From Felis catus (taxonomy: Eukaryota), in contig NC_058368.1 in the NCBI RefSeq assembly GCF_018350175.1, forward strand, positions 163,496,001 to 163,560,000: 64,000 nt of DNA, in the 5' to 3' direction. The number at the start of each line of letters is the position of its first letter. The stretch's first letter is position 1. This document shows, in pieces, positions 39,111 through 53,309 of the stretch. Under the pieces are notes generated by a model. The model was given only the letters and a program-made list of their open reading frames with translations. It did not search any database and was not told the origin of the DNA. Position numbers and translations under genes: made by a program.

Positions 39111-40642
39111 TTAAGCTATCTTGGCTCCTAAAATAAACTCAATTTACATATATACATAGTGGTGGTGGTGGTGGTGGTGGTGGTGTTAATATATCTCACT
39201 GGTTTGGGTTTACTATTTTTGGTTAGAAGTTTTACATCTATGTTCAGGATTCAGATTAACCTTTACATTTTAATTCTTATCCAGAGTAATTGTTGTTATG
39301 TGTTGTGTCAGTATTAAGTTACATTGTTGTAGGAGTTTATCGTATCCTTTTTAAATTCTTTGTGATGTCTATAGGATTTTGTAGAGTTGTCACTTCTTAT
39401 TTCATAACATTCTACAGTTTTTTTTCTCTTGATCAGTTTAACCATGGTTAATATACTTTATTACTCCCTTCAAAGAAATAACTGATTTGTTGGTCTTCTG
39501 AATTTTGCACTTGTTTTCCACTTGATTAGTTTTTGCTTATATTTTTTTCCTTCCACTTTTGTAAACCTGTGTCACTAGCTGTCTGCTTATTAATTCTTGA
39601 ATGTTCAATCTTTTCTAAAATAAGGACTTTAGGCCATAAATTTCCCTTTATGATTATACGCATAAATTTTGTGGTTTATGCAGTTTGGGATATTTTCTAA
39701 TTTCCTTTGTGATTTCTTCTTTGGTCATAGATGATTCAGAGCTGTAGTTTTAGAATTTCCAAACCTATGACATTTTTAAGTTAAACTTTTTTTATTTTGA
39801 ACTTTCTATCATTTCAATAAAAACAAAACTTTGTGACTTTTTTCCTTTCTTCACTGTTGTGTGTTAAAATTTCTCACTCGTGGATTTTCCTTGTCTTTGT
39901 AGTTCTCTTAATTTTTGCTTTACATATTTGATACCATGTTATTAGGTAGATTACAAATTTAGAATAGATACATTTCAATCAGTACATTTTGCCTCAAAGC
40001 TTTGAGATGAATATAGTAACAACAGCTTTTCCCCTCTTACTTGATTTTGCATTGTATATCTTTTTTTTGCTTTCAATCTTTTGGAAATTATATTTTTAGG
40101 TGTATCAAAATCTGCATAAAGCTAGTTTTTTTTAATTTATTATGAAAATCTTTGTTTAAGGCAGTTTTATTTACATTATAAATTACTGGTAAATTTATAT
40201 ATGAATCCATTATAGTTTATGCCACTCTTGACATACTCTTGGTTTGGTCTTAGGCAAGTTGCCTAACCTCTGTTAAGTACCTCATCTGGAAAAAGATGGT
40301 GATAATAATACAGTCTTAGTGTTATTACATGTAAATATATGTCGAACGACTAGAACCGTATTGAGTCAGCAATTTGTCACTGTTAGAATGAACTCTCATT
40401 GTAAGTTAGAGTACTTTTGCTAAATTTTCTCTGTGGACAATCTAATGATAGCTTATGTTTGCTATTTTTTTAACATGTAATTCTGAGATTTTTACTTCCT
40501 TCTTGATGTTATTACTATGTTTGGGGGGTCATCTTCATGTGTGGTATTAAATTGTTCTCCAACTACTGGAAAGTTTTGTATATTGTTCTCTTGGACAATT
40601 AGGCATAACTACATGTGAAATATATACTTTACTCATTTGTAG

Positions 40643-40784
40643 CTTACTCCATCTGGGAGCATTTCTCTTATCAAATCAATGCATTTAATTAAAAATCCTG
40701 TGAAGACCTGTGACAAAGTTTATTCTTTGATACAAAGTTTGACTTCTCAGATCAGACATCGAATGGAAGATCCCAAATCATCAG
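40643..40784 (+). CDS. PPIP5K2: PPIP5K2 exon 18, c.1921-2062 ([19 protein letters not shown]...EDPKSS)
   Basis: atttgtag| acceptor; CAG|GTAAAT donor. Confidence 0.96.
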
Positions 40785-41552
40785 GTAAATACTATGTGCC
40801 TTGAAACATAAAGCAAATAAAAATATTAACTAATTACTATAAACATTTTAAAATAAGATGCATCAATTCTTAAAAAATTAAGTCTCATACTGTATCTAGG
40901 TATGAGTTAACATACATCCAGCAAAAGAATAATAATTAGGTTATGGTTTATTTTATCCATGATAGCATGACAAACATATTAAAATATTATTTAATTAATT
41001 ACGTAGCATTGTCATATAGTTAGGCAGCAAATAACTAGCATAATAAGAAGCAAACAATTGGAAGAAGATCTGGACTCTCACTCTGAGATTAGCTTGGTTC
41101 TAATTTGGCAACTTTGAGATCTAGGATTCTTAGTGGTAAGAATAAATCCTTTCAGCTATTTGATTTCTAAGATTCCTTTCGGCTAAAGACTGTCTATTCT
41201 GTTAGTTTTGTGAATCTAATAAGAAAATTATATAGTATTTAAATTTTGAATTGAAAATGTATTAGCCTAAGAGTTTTGTTATTGTTGTTCTTTTTCTTTT
41301 GATTATTGAAGTGTGTAACATGAGGATAGGTCTTTTACAAACCCAAACCCAAGTCCTAAGCCATGTATATATATCTTTTATTTAAGTTTATAAAATGTAT
41401 GCTTACTAATAGTATACTCCTATGGTAGCATTCCCTACTTTCTTAACAGTTATACCTCTGATATTTAAAAATGTTTCTAATTGTCAACTTTTTAATATAT
41501 ACCCTTAATCTGAGTCTAAGTTTAATATGCTAAATTTGTTATGTTGTTTTAG

Positions 41553-41776
41553 ATATTCAACTTTACCATAGTGAAACATTAGAGCTTATGCTACGTAGAT
41601 GGTCCAAGTTGGAAAAAGACTTTAAAACAAAGAATGGAAGATACGACATTAGTAAAATCCCTGACATATATGACTGTATAAAATATGATGTTCAGCATAA
41701 TGGTTCCTTGAAATTAGAAAATACAATGGAATTATACAGGCTTTCAAAGGCATTAGCAGATATTGTTATCCCTCAG
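41553..41776 (+). CDS. PPIP5K2: PPIP5K2 exon 19, c.2063-2286 ([19 protein letters not shown]...ADIVIPQ)
   Basis: gttttag| acceptor; CAG|GTAAGT donor. Confidence 0.97.
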
Positions 41777-41863
41777 GTAAGTAATTCGTAGGAATCAGTT
41801 TTCTTACAGTGTTGAGTAGATTCTTTTACAATGCCTATCACTGGATAAAACATAGTTGGTTTT

Positions 41864-42083
41864 GGGGTGCCTGGGTGGCTCAGTCGGTTAAGCGGCCGAC
41901 TTCGGCTCAGATCATGATCTCACAGTCCGCGAGTTCTAGCCCCGCTTCGGGCTCTGTGCGGACAGCTCAGAGCCTGGAGCCTGCTTCAGATTCTGTGTCT
42001 CCCTCTCTCTGACACTCCCCTGTTCATGCTCTGTCTCTCCCTGTCTCAAAAATAAAATAAACGTTAAAAAAAAAAAATTAAAA
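41864..42083 (+). mobile_element. CanSINE
   Basis: TSD aaaacatagttggtttt. Confidence 0.94.
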
Positions 42084-42698
42084 AAACATAGTTGGTTTTC
42101 TTCTGTCTATAAAATCCATAACTTTTAAAAGGAAACTGAATAATTGTGAATTTTATATTCAAAACTTTTTAGTATAGTAAGTCATTACCTGATTTTCTAA
42201 TAGTTTGATTGTAGTGACTTTTTAAACTTTAAGAATTTATACTCTTAAATAACAGTAATATCCTAACAAACAAGACAACTAGAACAGGGTGGAATAAATT
42301 ACTTAAGCGTTTGCTGGGTACCCATTATGTACCTATCAAGTCTGTGCTATGAAAATATGTGAGGAATGGGAGAAAAACCTAGCTGTGGCTCTAAATTTTG
42401 CAAGTCTTTTTACTTCATGTGCAAGTATTTTGAAATTATTATTTAGAGGTCAAGGTGTAAGTTGTTATCGGAGGGGTGTGGGTTGGGTCATGGGTCTTTT
42501 CATTTATAGGAGAATAAAAATAAAGGTGTAACCAGAATTCAAATAATTTAAATGTAATTAGGGCAGAAAATCAGATTGATAATAAAGAGGTAAGTAACAA
42601 GACAAATTGAGATACAGGAAATGTTAGCAGATACCCTTTTGGGACCCGTTTTCAACTCAATTACTAATGATTATGTGGATACTATAAAGAGGAGATTG

Positions 42699-42930
42699 GA
42701 GGGATGCCTGGGTGGCTCAGTCAGTTGAGCGTCCGACTTCGGCTCAGGTCATGATCTCACGGTCCGTGAGTTCAAGCCCCGCGTCAGGCTCTGTGCTGAT
42801 GGCTCAGAGCCTGGAGCCTGTTTAGATTCTGTGTCTCCGTCTCTCTCTGACCCTCCCCCGTTCATGCTCTGTCTCTCTCTCTGTCTCAAAAATAAATAAA
42901 CATTAAAAAAATTAAAAAAAAAAAAGACCT
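42699..42930 (+). mobile_element. CanSINE
   Basis: TSD taaagaggagattg. Confidence 0.94.
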
Positions 42931-45703
42931 TTAAAGAGGAGATTGTAGTAGATCAGACATTCCAACTATGGGCAAACCTAAAAAGCAGGAAAAAATGGAA
43001 TACATGAAGAGTATGAGGATTCTGAACAAAAGTTGCTTCACTTAAAGATACATATAAAAATAATTAAGATCAGTGTCCTTAATATTTACAGAAAGTTCAG
43101 GAAAAACTACAGGCTTTGACAAACTGGAAATTCAGACAGTGCACAACTTACCTATAATTACTTGTGTTCATGTTAAAGATTAGCTTATTTTTTCAGCATG
43201 AGAGAACACTACTTATTTGTTTGATCAGATGTATAATATAGACCATCTTTGGTATATTACATGATTCAGTGGTTGGAAGTGTAAGTAAGATCCAGTTTTT
43301 TTTTCACTGTTTTGTATTGCTTTGTGCATATTAGGTTCAGTGCACATTATTTATACTTATTCTTACAGTGGAGATTATTTTTAAGTATGCTGTTTAACAG
43401 GTGAGCTGTTAATATAAGATTCTTAAATATTTCAGGTGACTATATTCATTATTCAAAGTATGCCTTAAGTATATCTAAACTTACCACTTTAGTGGCTAAA
43501 TACACAAATGATTTGTTACATAATCATGTCTGTTTTGTTACATGGCTTATTTTACCTCACGTCTCCTCTTTTTCAGTTATGTATATACTATATGTTCTAG
43601 AATTGAGAATGAAAAGTTGGTTTCTTAGAGTTGGGCTTAAAAAGAGAGTCAAGTGTTAAAAGGGTTTTAGATGTACTCTCTCCTATGCGTTATGTATGTA
43701 TTTCAGGTATATTACTTACATCACTGAAGAAATTTCTTACCATCTCCTTGTAACTTAAATTTTTATAATGAATTTTTTAAAGTACTGTAATTAAAAGAAC
43801 CAGTAAAAATGAGAATAGTTTGGGAAAGATTTGAGATGTCATTTGTATCTTTTAAAGTAATTGGTCTTGCTCAGTGGTTCTCAGTCTCTGTTACATTGTC
43901 TTTTGATGCACTTAGCTTAGATCTTCTCAGCAGTCTGGGAACTTATTTGAAGACATCTCCAGAATTTTTTTGTTGGATAAATTATTTATTTTTTAAATCT
44001 TACAACTCTTCAGATAGCATTTTGTCCAAGCTTACCAGAATCAGTCTTATTTTTGGTAAATTCGTAATTGTATTTTGGTAAAGTTATAACTTTAAAAGCA
44101 GCAGGCTTTTTTAGATGCTTTCCTAGAGTTTTGAAATTATAATTTGAGGAAAGGACAACTTTGGGTTTACCTCCCTAACTTTTTGGTTTGATACTCTTTA
44201 TTGTGGCAAAAATTTGGGATCTCTTCTTTTCTAATGAAGTGCTGAATTCATTCCAATAAATGAATTGTTTTGTTTTGTTACTTTAAGTAAGCCTTTATAA
44301 ATCCAGAACCATGGACAAAAAACAAAACAAAACAAAAAAACAGGCATTTTCAATTACTGAACAAACTAAAAATTACTAATGTATATGTAGTAATTGTAAT
44401 GATACTATAGTTTATAATGGGGAAAAATGAAAATTTTGCCTACCTCATTTTCAAGGAAATAAAGAGTATTTCAAGCAGAGAGACTTGATTCAGTTAAATA
44501 ATGTAAAATTTTGACTTGTTTAGAATATACTAATTTAGTTTTAGAGAATATCACTGTCTGTGCAAGAAAAATGCATATATGCTCTGGTGTACCTCAAAGT
44601 GTTGCTATACCTCTAAAAATACATTTCTACTCTTACATTGAACTGATTAATTTTTATATCAGTGCTATGTGAAATATGTGCTTCTAATCATATCTAAGCT
44701 TAAATACAACATAATTACTTTTAATTATTTTAACAGTTAAACTAATTTTCAGCTGTTAACAGAATTTTTGCTGTGATAAAATTAACTTTTCACCTTTTGA
44801 CCAGTCTCAATTTTCAGCAAATAGAGGCCCTGGCTTAAAAATGATACTTTAAAATCATCATGATAGTATGGCAGTCAATAAGAGTATCTAAAGACTAAAT
44901 TTGGTATTAAGGTTTTCTTAACAGAGATCACATTTAAGAAAGTTTGAAAACCGTGTCTTTGAATATTTATGGATTGTGAAATGCAGAGGATTGTTTATAA
45001 CAGTATTTGCCATAGAAAGTCAATTGACACTCTCATTAAATAAAACCACATAATAAGCTTTCAGATAGCCTCATCTCGTATTTTAGTTAGTCCTATTTAT
45101 GGCAGAAATATTGTAATTACACTTGAGAACTAAGATGTCTAACAGTTATTTGATCCCAGTTGGTGGTAGCAGATGAACAAAATATGTCAATATGTTAAAG
45201 GGAAAGATTTCTTTATTACAAAATTAATATACTTATGTGTAAAGTTAGAAAATGTAGAAATAGCAAAAGAGATCACTGTGATGTTACCAACTAGAGAAAA
45301 ACATTTTAATGTTTCGGAAAATTCTTAAAGGACTTTTCCCTTGAATCATGAAGATACAGTTTTTCTCATAAATTCATACATATAACAAATGTATTCTTTG
45401 CAAAAGGGAACCAGGAGAGCCATACTATTTTACAACCTGATTTTTGTCTCTTCACTTAGAACGAAGAACTTCTTTCATTTTATTAAACCTATATGTACAT
45501 CGTTATTTCTAATAGCTAAATGGTATGATGTAATAATTATGTAACGATTTTTTCATATTTGGGAATATGATATCTTTTATTTTGCTCTCTTTAAACATCT
45601 TCGCATGCACTCAAGACTATTTCTGTAGCTCCAGAAATCTTTTACCAGTTTTCTTCCAGTTAAACGGTGTAGAAGACTACCTGTTTATTCATACCTTGGT
45701 AAC

Positions 45704-45705
<2 letters not shown>

Positions 45706-45744
<39 letters not shown>
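45706..45744. repeat. (CA)n microsatellite
   Basis: Direct reading. Confidence 0.97.
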
Positions 45745-45747
<3 letters not shown>

Positions 45748-45765
45748 TTCCCCCTGATGATTTTT

Positions 45766-46039
45766 TTTTAATTTTTATTTTATTATTTTTTTAATATATG
45801 AAATTGTCAAATTGGTTTTCATACAACAAAAAAAATTTTTTTTAATGTTTATTTTTCAGAAAGAATGAGAGACAGACTGTGAACAGGGGAGGAGAGAGAG
45901 ACACACACAGAATCCAAAGCAGGTTCCAGGCTCTAAGCTGTCAGCACAGAGCGCAATATGGGGCTCAAACCCATGACAGCAAGATTGTTACCTGAGCCAA
46001 AGTCGGATGCTTAACCGACTGAGCCACTAAGGCACCCCT
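45766..46039 (-). mobile_element. CanSINE joined to an L1 3' terminus within one TSD
   Basis: TSD cccctgatgattttt at 45751-45765 and 46040-46054. Confidence 0.85.
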
Positions 46040-47122
46040 CCCCTGATGATTTTTAATGCCAATATTTTCCTTTTGTTCACATATACACAATTATATGTAT
46101 ACATACCTGTTTTTTGCATACCCAATTCACAGTCACCTATGTTGGTAAGATTATTGAACCAATGAAGCTTTAGTTTAAGATAAATGACACCAAGAAGTAT
46201 TTTCATAGGCCTTCCATCTGTAATCAATCAACCTCTTCTTTATTTGGCACTTTTCAGATCTGTTATCCATAAAGAATTTTTGCTATCTGGGAAGTTCCTG
46301 ATAGCAGGAAGTAGCCTTTAAATTCAGATATACTGAATGAGCTTGGAGAGAGATAGTATGCCTGTTTCTTCCCTCCTTCTCTCTTCTCTCCTTTCTGTCT
46401 CTGTCCCTCCCACTCCACTTTTCTGCTTTCTCCCTCTTTCCATCTACACAGCTGTCACAGCTTTTTCTCTTCACACATCAGGTCATTTTTAAATCTACCT
46501 CTTTGATCTCATTTTTATTACAATTATGAATATGTTCTCTTAACATTTCATATCGTAATTCCTCATTGTAAATTTAATTAACTCATTATTATAGGCATCA
46601 TTAAATTTGACAATTTCATGACATTTCTTGCTCACCACTAGGTAAGTCTTTAAAAGTATTAGCCAAAGGCTTTTAAATAATTGTTTAGCCTTTTTCATCT
46701 TGGACATTTAAATCAAATCTCATGGTTTCATTTATGTTTCTTTTCATAGGGTTATTGATTGTTGTTCTGTGCTTTAGTGTTTATGTCGTTAATCCATCTT
46801 TCTTTTAGGGTTATTTCTTCATTGAAAACTTTATGATTGAGTTGAGCTACTGTCCATAAAGATTACATTCATCCATTCATCCTTCCCTTTTAAGAAATCA
46901 CTTGCTTTTTCAGTTCTACCAAAAAAAATTTTCCCATTATACTTAATAGTTGTAGGAATAGTATCCTTGCAGTTGCAAAAAATGTAAACTAGGAATTGTG
47001 TAATATTAAAAAAAAAAGCTTAATAGAAATATTTTGTCTGTTACTAGAATGTTTTAGCAGTGCATTTGTTAGAGTGCTTTGTCATTATACCCTTTTTCTA
47101 ATATCATGTATTTTCTGCTCAG

Positions 47123-47250
47123 GAATATGGTATAACTAAAGCTGAAAAACTGGAGATTGCCAAAGGCTACTGTACTCCTCTAGTTAGAAAAATTCGCTCA
47201 GACCTTCAGAGGACACAAGATGATGACACTGTAAATAAACTCCACCCTGT
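47123..47250 (+). CDS. PPIP5K2: PPIP5K2 exon 20, c.2287-2414 ([15 protein letters not shown]...VNKLHPV)
   Basis: ctgctcag| acceptor; TGT|GTAAGA donor. Confidence 0.96.
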
Positions 47251-47827
47251 GTAAGAGACTGTACTGGTATTTAAATCTGTAGGCATCTGTTTTTCCATAC
47301 TTCAACTCTAATGTTCCTATGAAGAAATCAGGAATGTGTCACTTAGCGCACTATGGAAATAAGGATTACCTAGATATTCCTAACAGTTAACTTCCAACCA
47401 AGGTTCTTTAAGTCTCCAAATTGAGGAAAAACTGAGGTGAACAGGAAAAGGTGATATGTGTCATCATTCACATGGGATCATCAATGTGTACCCCATTCAG
47501 CACCATAAATGTCTGTGAACTTCCTTAGTGCTAAGACATTTGTCATTGCTAATAGAGGAGCTAAAATGACCAAATTATTTGCAGTGAACTTGACTAATGT
47601 TAACTTTTATTTTGACTAATCTCAGGACTTCTCGTTAGTTCTAGTTAATCTTCATTTAGAGGAATATCTACTAAGGTAACTCCTCCTTGTGGTTGGAAGA
47701 CTGATAGATTTACTTATTGTGGTCTTTGACTTCTAGTAAGATTAAGTTCCATTTTACAAAATAATGTCAGTACTTAATGAGTTTTGACGTATGCTTATAT
47801 TCTAATACTGTCTGCTACTAACTTCAG

Positions 47828-47942
47828 GTATTCCAGAGGTGTTCTGTCTCCTGAACGTCATGTCCGTACCAGGTTATATTTTACCAGTGAAAGTCATGTA
47901 CATTCTTTACTATCTATTCTTCGCTATGGTGCCTTATGCAAT
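47828..47942 (+). CDS. PPIP5K2: PPIP5K2 exon 21, c.2415-2529 ([38 protein letters not shown])
   Basis: acttcag| acceptor; AAT|GTAAGT donor; contains the ESHVH phosphatase His motif. Confidence 0.97.
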
Positions 47943-48168
47943 GTAAGTAAAGTAAGTTATTCCAATCTACTTAACAAATATGGTTCTGTGAATTTCTAAT
48001 CAAATCACTAACACCAGTCTTTACTGTGCAGTTTCAACAGTTGATCATTTGCCATCATTTGTCAAGGGTCTACTATATTCCAAGCACTGTGATAGATGTT
48101 GGGAATAAAGACATGTTCCCTTCCCTTTGGAGAAGATTAATTTAAACAAACAATAATGCAAAATATTT

Positions 48169-48387
48169 AAAAAAAAATTTTTTTTAACGTTTATTCATTT
48201 TTGAGACAGAGAGAGACAGAGCATGAACGGGGGAGGGTCAGAGAGAGGGAGACACAGAATCTGAAACAGTCTCCAGGCTCTGAGCTGTCAACACAGAGCC
48301 CGACGCAGGGCTCGAACTCACAGACCGCAAGATCATGACCTGAGCCGAAGTCGGCCGCTTAACCAACTGAGCCACCCAGGTGCCCCA
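48169..48387 (-). mobile_element. CanSINE
   Basis: TSD aatgcaaaatattt. Confidence 0.94.
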
Positions 48388-48509
48388 AATGCAAAATATT
48401 TTAGATGATGTTATAGGCTGGTGGTAATAAGATAAAGAGAAGCTGATAAATTTGAGTTATTTAGGGGTTAGAAAGAACTTGGTGTTTGTTTGGATATTGC
48501 TCCTCTCAT

Positions 48510-49990
48510 CTACTGTTAGTAATGAATCATACCAAAGTTTAGCTTAAAACAATCACATTTTTATCTCACAGCTTAAAGGATTGACTGATATACTTAGGCA
48601 GTTTCGCTTTGGGTCTCTCATGAGGTTGTAGTTAGACAGTGACTGGGGTTTGAATCATCTAAAGCTTTCCTCATGTCTGGTGCTTGATGCTGTATGTCAG
48701 CTAGAACTTCAGCTTGAGTTCTTGACCACAATACTTACCTCTGGCCTCTTCATGTGACCTGCTTCCTCCAAACATGGTAGCTGAGTTCCAAGATTTAGTT
48801 TCATAATGGACCAAGGTGCAAGTGCAAGACATTTTTATGACCTAACTTACAAAGTCACATAACATCACTTATACTGAGCTGTATTGATTGAGGCAATCAC
48901 AGAGGTTCATCCAGGTTCAAGAGGTGGGGAGATAGATCCACCTTACTGCATGAGTGGAGTGTCACTGTCATATTATCCGATGAGAATATGTCTCATCTTG
49001 ACCACACAATCCATATTTCTCCCATATTCAAAATTCACTTAACCTTTTACCCAGTAATACCCATACTATCCTATTTAATTATAAACTTGGCATCCCAGGC
49101 TTCTTCATCTAAGTCAAGTCCAGATGTAGATGGGGCTCCTTGGACACAACTCCTTGAGTGCTCAAAAGCATTCAGTCTTAAAGACCTATGCACTGAAGAG
49201 ACCAATTATCTGTCCTTCAAATACCCATTATACAGTGGTGAGTTAGGCATGAGATAACTATAGTAGATAAACTTTTCAAGAGAGGGTAAAACAGAAGGTA
49301 TACTGTAGTCATTGGTCATAGCAATTTTGAAATCTACCTAGGTACATGTTGCCCATTCTTTAATTAGGGTTCTATCATACTGGAGTAATTTGATATACAT
49401 TGTACTAAATAAATCATACCCAAAGATCTCTTAAGGATAAGCCCTTTCTACCTTGGGTTCCCTCTGTGGTTATTAAGGGATGGCACTCAGCAATCCTTAT
49501 TATTTAATTCTGAGCATCCTAAAAACATATTCCTAAGATCTTGAGGAAGTCTTCTGTTTCTTTGGAGGATTTGAGGTCTTAACAAGTGATTTTGCAATCA
49601 CATCGTTTTCATGGCGGATTCCTGTGTACCCTTTCTTCCTGAAAGCCATCTTTTAATTACAGCATTGTTTGTTCCCTAAAAAGGCTTGGAATGAGGAACA
49701 GTTTTTTTGGTGTGTTTTTTTTTTTTAAAGTCTTGGCTTCTTTGTAATTGACAATTTCCCTGCAGCTTAGCTGTCTCCTGTCACAGGCAGTGAGAAGAAT
49801 CTTGATGACATGTTCAGTACTTTTCCTAGAAATCTCCATAGCTAGCTCATTAGATATACTTTTTATTTTCCACCATCTACAGGCTAGTGTTTTTACACTT
49901 TATGCCACTACATAGCAAGAGTTCTTTTTCTTATACCTTCCAGATACATTTTTCTTTCTATAATCCCTCACCAACAACCTTTTCACGGCC
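48510..49990. mobile_element. MLT1/MaLR LTR-like remnant with probable internal sequence
   Basis: agcttaaaacaatcacatttttatctcacag; cctctggcctcttcatgtgacc; aagtcacataacatcactt; ccaggttcaagaggtgggga. Confidence 0.6.
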
Positions 49991-52900
49991 CATTAAGCTT
50001 TCACTAATGCTCTCCTTGAGAGCCTTCCAGTGCTCACAGGTATGAAGGGTAAGAAAGAGAAGAGAACTGAGAAAGATTCCCATATCTCTAATATGGGTAA
50101 ATTGGTAGATATTCCTACCCATTCACTGATAAAAGTAACACCTACAGAGAGGATCAGGTCTTAGAAAGAAAGTAGTAAGTTTAGTTTTAGACAGCTTGAA
50201 TATGTTCATATGTGAGGACACAGATGTGAGTTAAAGGTACAGAGTTAAGCCAACATATTAATGACAGTAAAGTAGTGGCTGGTAATAAGATTCCCAGAGA
50301 TTTTGCATTTGAAAAGATAAAAAAAATGACATTGTAGGGATTGACAATGGAAGTGATAATGTACCAAAGAGACTTAAAAATTTTAATATCTTCTTTGTTT
50401 CTCAGTATACCCAAACCATAGATTATCCAAAATACAATGTCACCCTGTTATATATCAAAAATATTTTTGCATCATCTGTGAAATAGCAACAAATAAGAAT
50501 TTTCCTTTAATTTTCTTATTCTATTACATCCTAAATTTGACATTGGTATATATATTGATGTATACATCTATACTCATCTGTTAACAAAATGGTCGGTCCT
50601 TAAAAGAAAATCCAGTCTTGTTTTCCTACTTTTTTAGTAAAGAGAAATTAGATGTATAATGAAGATTTGTTTTTATGTCTCTTGATTCTTAATTTTGTTA
50701 TTAGCCTTGATGAATAACTAATATTAAAGTAACCCTGAAGTTATTTCAGTGTTCTGTTCGAATCATGTTTTCTAATTCATATGTTCTTCCCTCTTGTTTT
50801 GGTTTCTTGTTGGTCCCTAAGGAATAGCCAAGTGACATCCCTTGCAGCTTTAATAAATGAAATAGTTGGGGGAAAAAATGACCCTTAATTAGCAAGGCAA
50901 GAATTCATATATCCAGTAGTAATGATGGAATTGTTTTTGGGGGAGAGAACTACGTCTCTTACATGGTTCATTTTTTACTCTCTTACATTTACTTAGGGGA
51001 TGAAGCATGGAACATGTAGGAACCAATAGAACAAGGCTATGGAGCATAATAGTGAGCAATGGAGAAAATGGCAACAAATAAGGATGAAGAGCCAGTGCTT
51101 TGGGAATCCTAAAGGGATTAGGAAGCCATTTTTAAGCAGGGAAGTAAATGGCTTTGGTTGCTGTGTGGACAGCAGATAGGCTGGAGTAGATATGAAGAAA
51201 CCAGTTAGGAAGCTATGGCAGTGATCTAAAAAAGATGATGTAATTTGGACTAGGGTGGTGGCAATACACTAGAGCTCGTTGAGTATGTCTCACGCTCGGC
51301 TGCATTTGTAAAACAGAAACTGAACACCATTCTTTTAAAACTCTGCTTCCAGATTTCGAAAAAAAAAAGTATTTTTCACATTAGTAAATACATGTAAAGT
51401 CTATAATATCAATATGATGTCCCATTTGCTAATTAAAAAAAATTAATTTATTTGAACTATAAATCATTGTCCCAGGTCATAATATCTTTATAAGACCCTG
51501 TAACTAATATACTTAAAACCTTGAAATTGTAGATTTTGAAATTGTAGATTTTTCAGTGTGAACTCGGTAAAATCTAGCTCTCCATAATAGATTTTTTTTT
51601 TTAAAGGTGTTTGTTAAGGAAACAATATTGTAAACAAGATTTCAGGGACTATATTGAATGAGACTTAATTTTTTAAAAAAAAGGTTTTTATGGATTTTTG
51701 CATACTGACTATATTCAGGAAGTTACTAAATATATGCTAAATATACTAAATATGTAGTATATATAGTGCTATATATATTATATACATACTACACATAGTA
51801 TATATATATAGATATATATTATTATATATACAATATGTATAGTATATAAAGATATATAGTACTATATATAATGTATATAAATATAAAAGTGCTACTAAAT
51901 ATTATTTAATTTCATCTCTTCATTAGCACTGACCTAGCAGAACCTATACCTACAATACTGAATTAGATATTATTAGATGATGTTCTTATTCATAATGTAG
52001 GATCATGAACCTATTGAAAATTTTTAGTATTTAATTTAAACCCTTCATTTATAGTAATTCTCATTTAGTATAACTCAGAAATGTTATACTAACTTATATT
52101 TTTCTTTATTAATTTTGAAAAAAATGTATATATCTTTGCACATATACCTTCCGCAAATACACTCACAAACACACAGATGCAGTTGTTTCTCTGGAGTATT
52201 GCTTAGGTTAAGAGTAGCAGCTTTGATAGCTTGGCATTACAGCATTTAGAGGTGTGGATAGCCATTTGTTACAATGATGCTAAGCACACATGGAAGAATA
52301 CAAATTATATGATGTATATTTAATTTTACTCTTCCATAAACTTGAAAAGGGGCATGCTTCCTCAGGGATGTTGAGTGTCTAAATTTGAAAAGGAAATACA
52401 TGCTAGTTTTGTTTTCTGGGTTTTTTTAATATGCAATTAACATGTGGTGTTATAAGTTGGGCTTTTGTATATCAAATTTCATTTCTTAAAACAATGCACA
52501 TTTTATACTGAAGTGCAAAATACTGAATACTCTTACTATATGCAAAAAATTGTTGTATGCCTTTATTTCTAAAGTTTATGACGTGGAAGAGTGTTTTCTG
52601 TGATGTGGACCCTATTGACTATTGACTGTAGACTTTGTACCTTGACTAGTTTAACCTTCTCAGATAGAATTTTCTACTTAGAATGTTTGTAGTTCATGTT
52701 CTCTAGGATCCCTTTCAGTTCTGATGCTCTGTGATTAGATGTTTAAAGACCATGATTATCTAAATGAAGGTGGAGGAGCGATGAAGGAGATGGTAAGATT
52801 AATGGAACCTACATGTGCCACCTCCTGCTGATTATTTTAAATACCACTGCAGTGTAACAAGGCATATTTACTGATAGGCATGTAATACATACATGCACTA

Positions 52901-53090
52901 TTTGATGGTGGAAAAATAGCTCTATTCTTAGACGATAGTATTCAGTTTACGAAGCATGATACTACATTAGGTACTTTGGAACTTCAGGTTAACAACTCAC
53001 TGCTCCTTACCCTCAGAATTCAGTTGTGGGTTTGTATTTCAAGAGATTTTTAATTTTTAAATTCTAGAAGCTATTAAAAAAAGTTACCAA

Positions 53091-53309
53091 GGGGCGCCTG
53101 GGTGGCGCAGTCGGTTAAGCGTCCAACTTCAGCCAGGTCACGATCTCGCGGTCCCTGAGTTCGAGCCCCGCGTCAGGCTCTGGGCTGATGGCTCAGAGCC
53201 TGGAGCCTGTTTCCGATTCTGTGTCTCCCTCTCTCTCTGCCCCTCCCCCGTTCATGCTCTGTCTCTCTCTGTCCCAAAAATAAATAAAACGTTGAAGAAA
53301 AAAAAAATT
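53091..53309 (+). mobile_element. Young SINEC_Fc-like SINE
   Basis: Nearly identical to the copy at 27589; TSD taaaaaaagttacca. Confidence 0.96.

Larger units (their letters stand above)
36420..40200 (-). mobile_element. Highly degraded old L1 fragments with nested elements
   Basis: T-rich with L1 antisense phrases (caaactgttttccaaag, ttgcatttccatataaatttta); ORF 38441-38674 resembles L1 ORF2. Confidence 0.65.

Noticed and set aside
46027..46474. Two - strand ORFs, one rich in charged residues
   Set aside because: Arise from a CT-rich tract and a SINE edge; no splice or homology support visible.
51520..51553. Short tandem duplications (also ~13835, ~36090, ~38211, ~55817)
   Set aside because: Two-copy slippage events with no repeat-spacer structure; not an array.
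51720..51910. AT-rich quasi-palindromic stretch
   Set aside because: Degenerate (TA)n low-complexity sequence.
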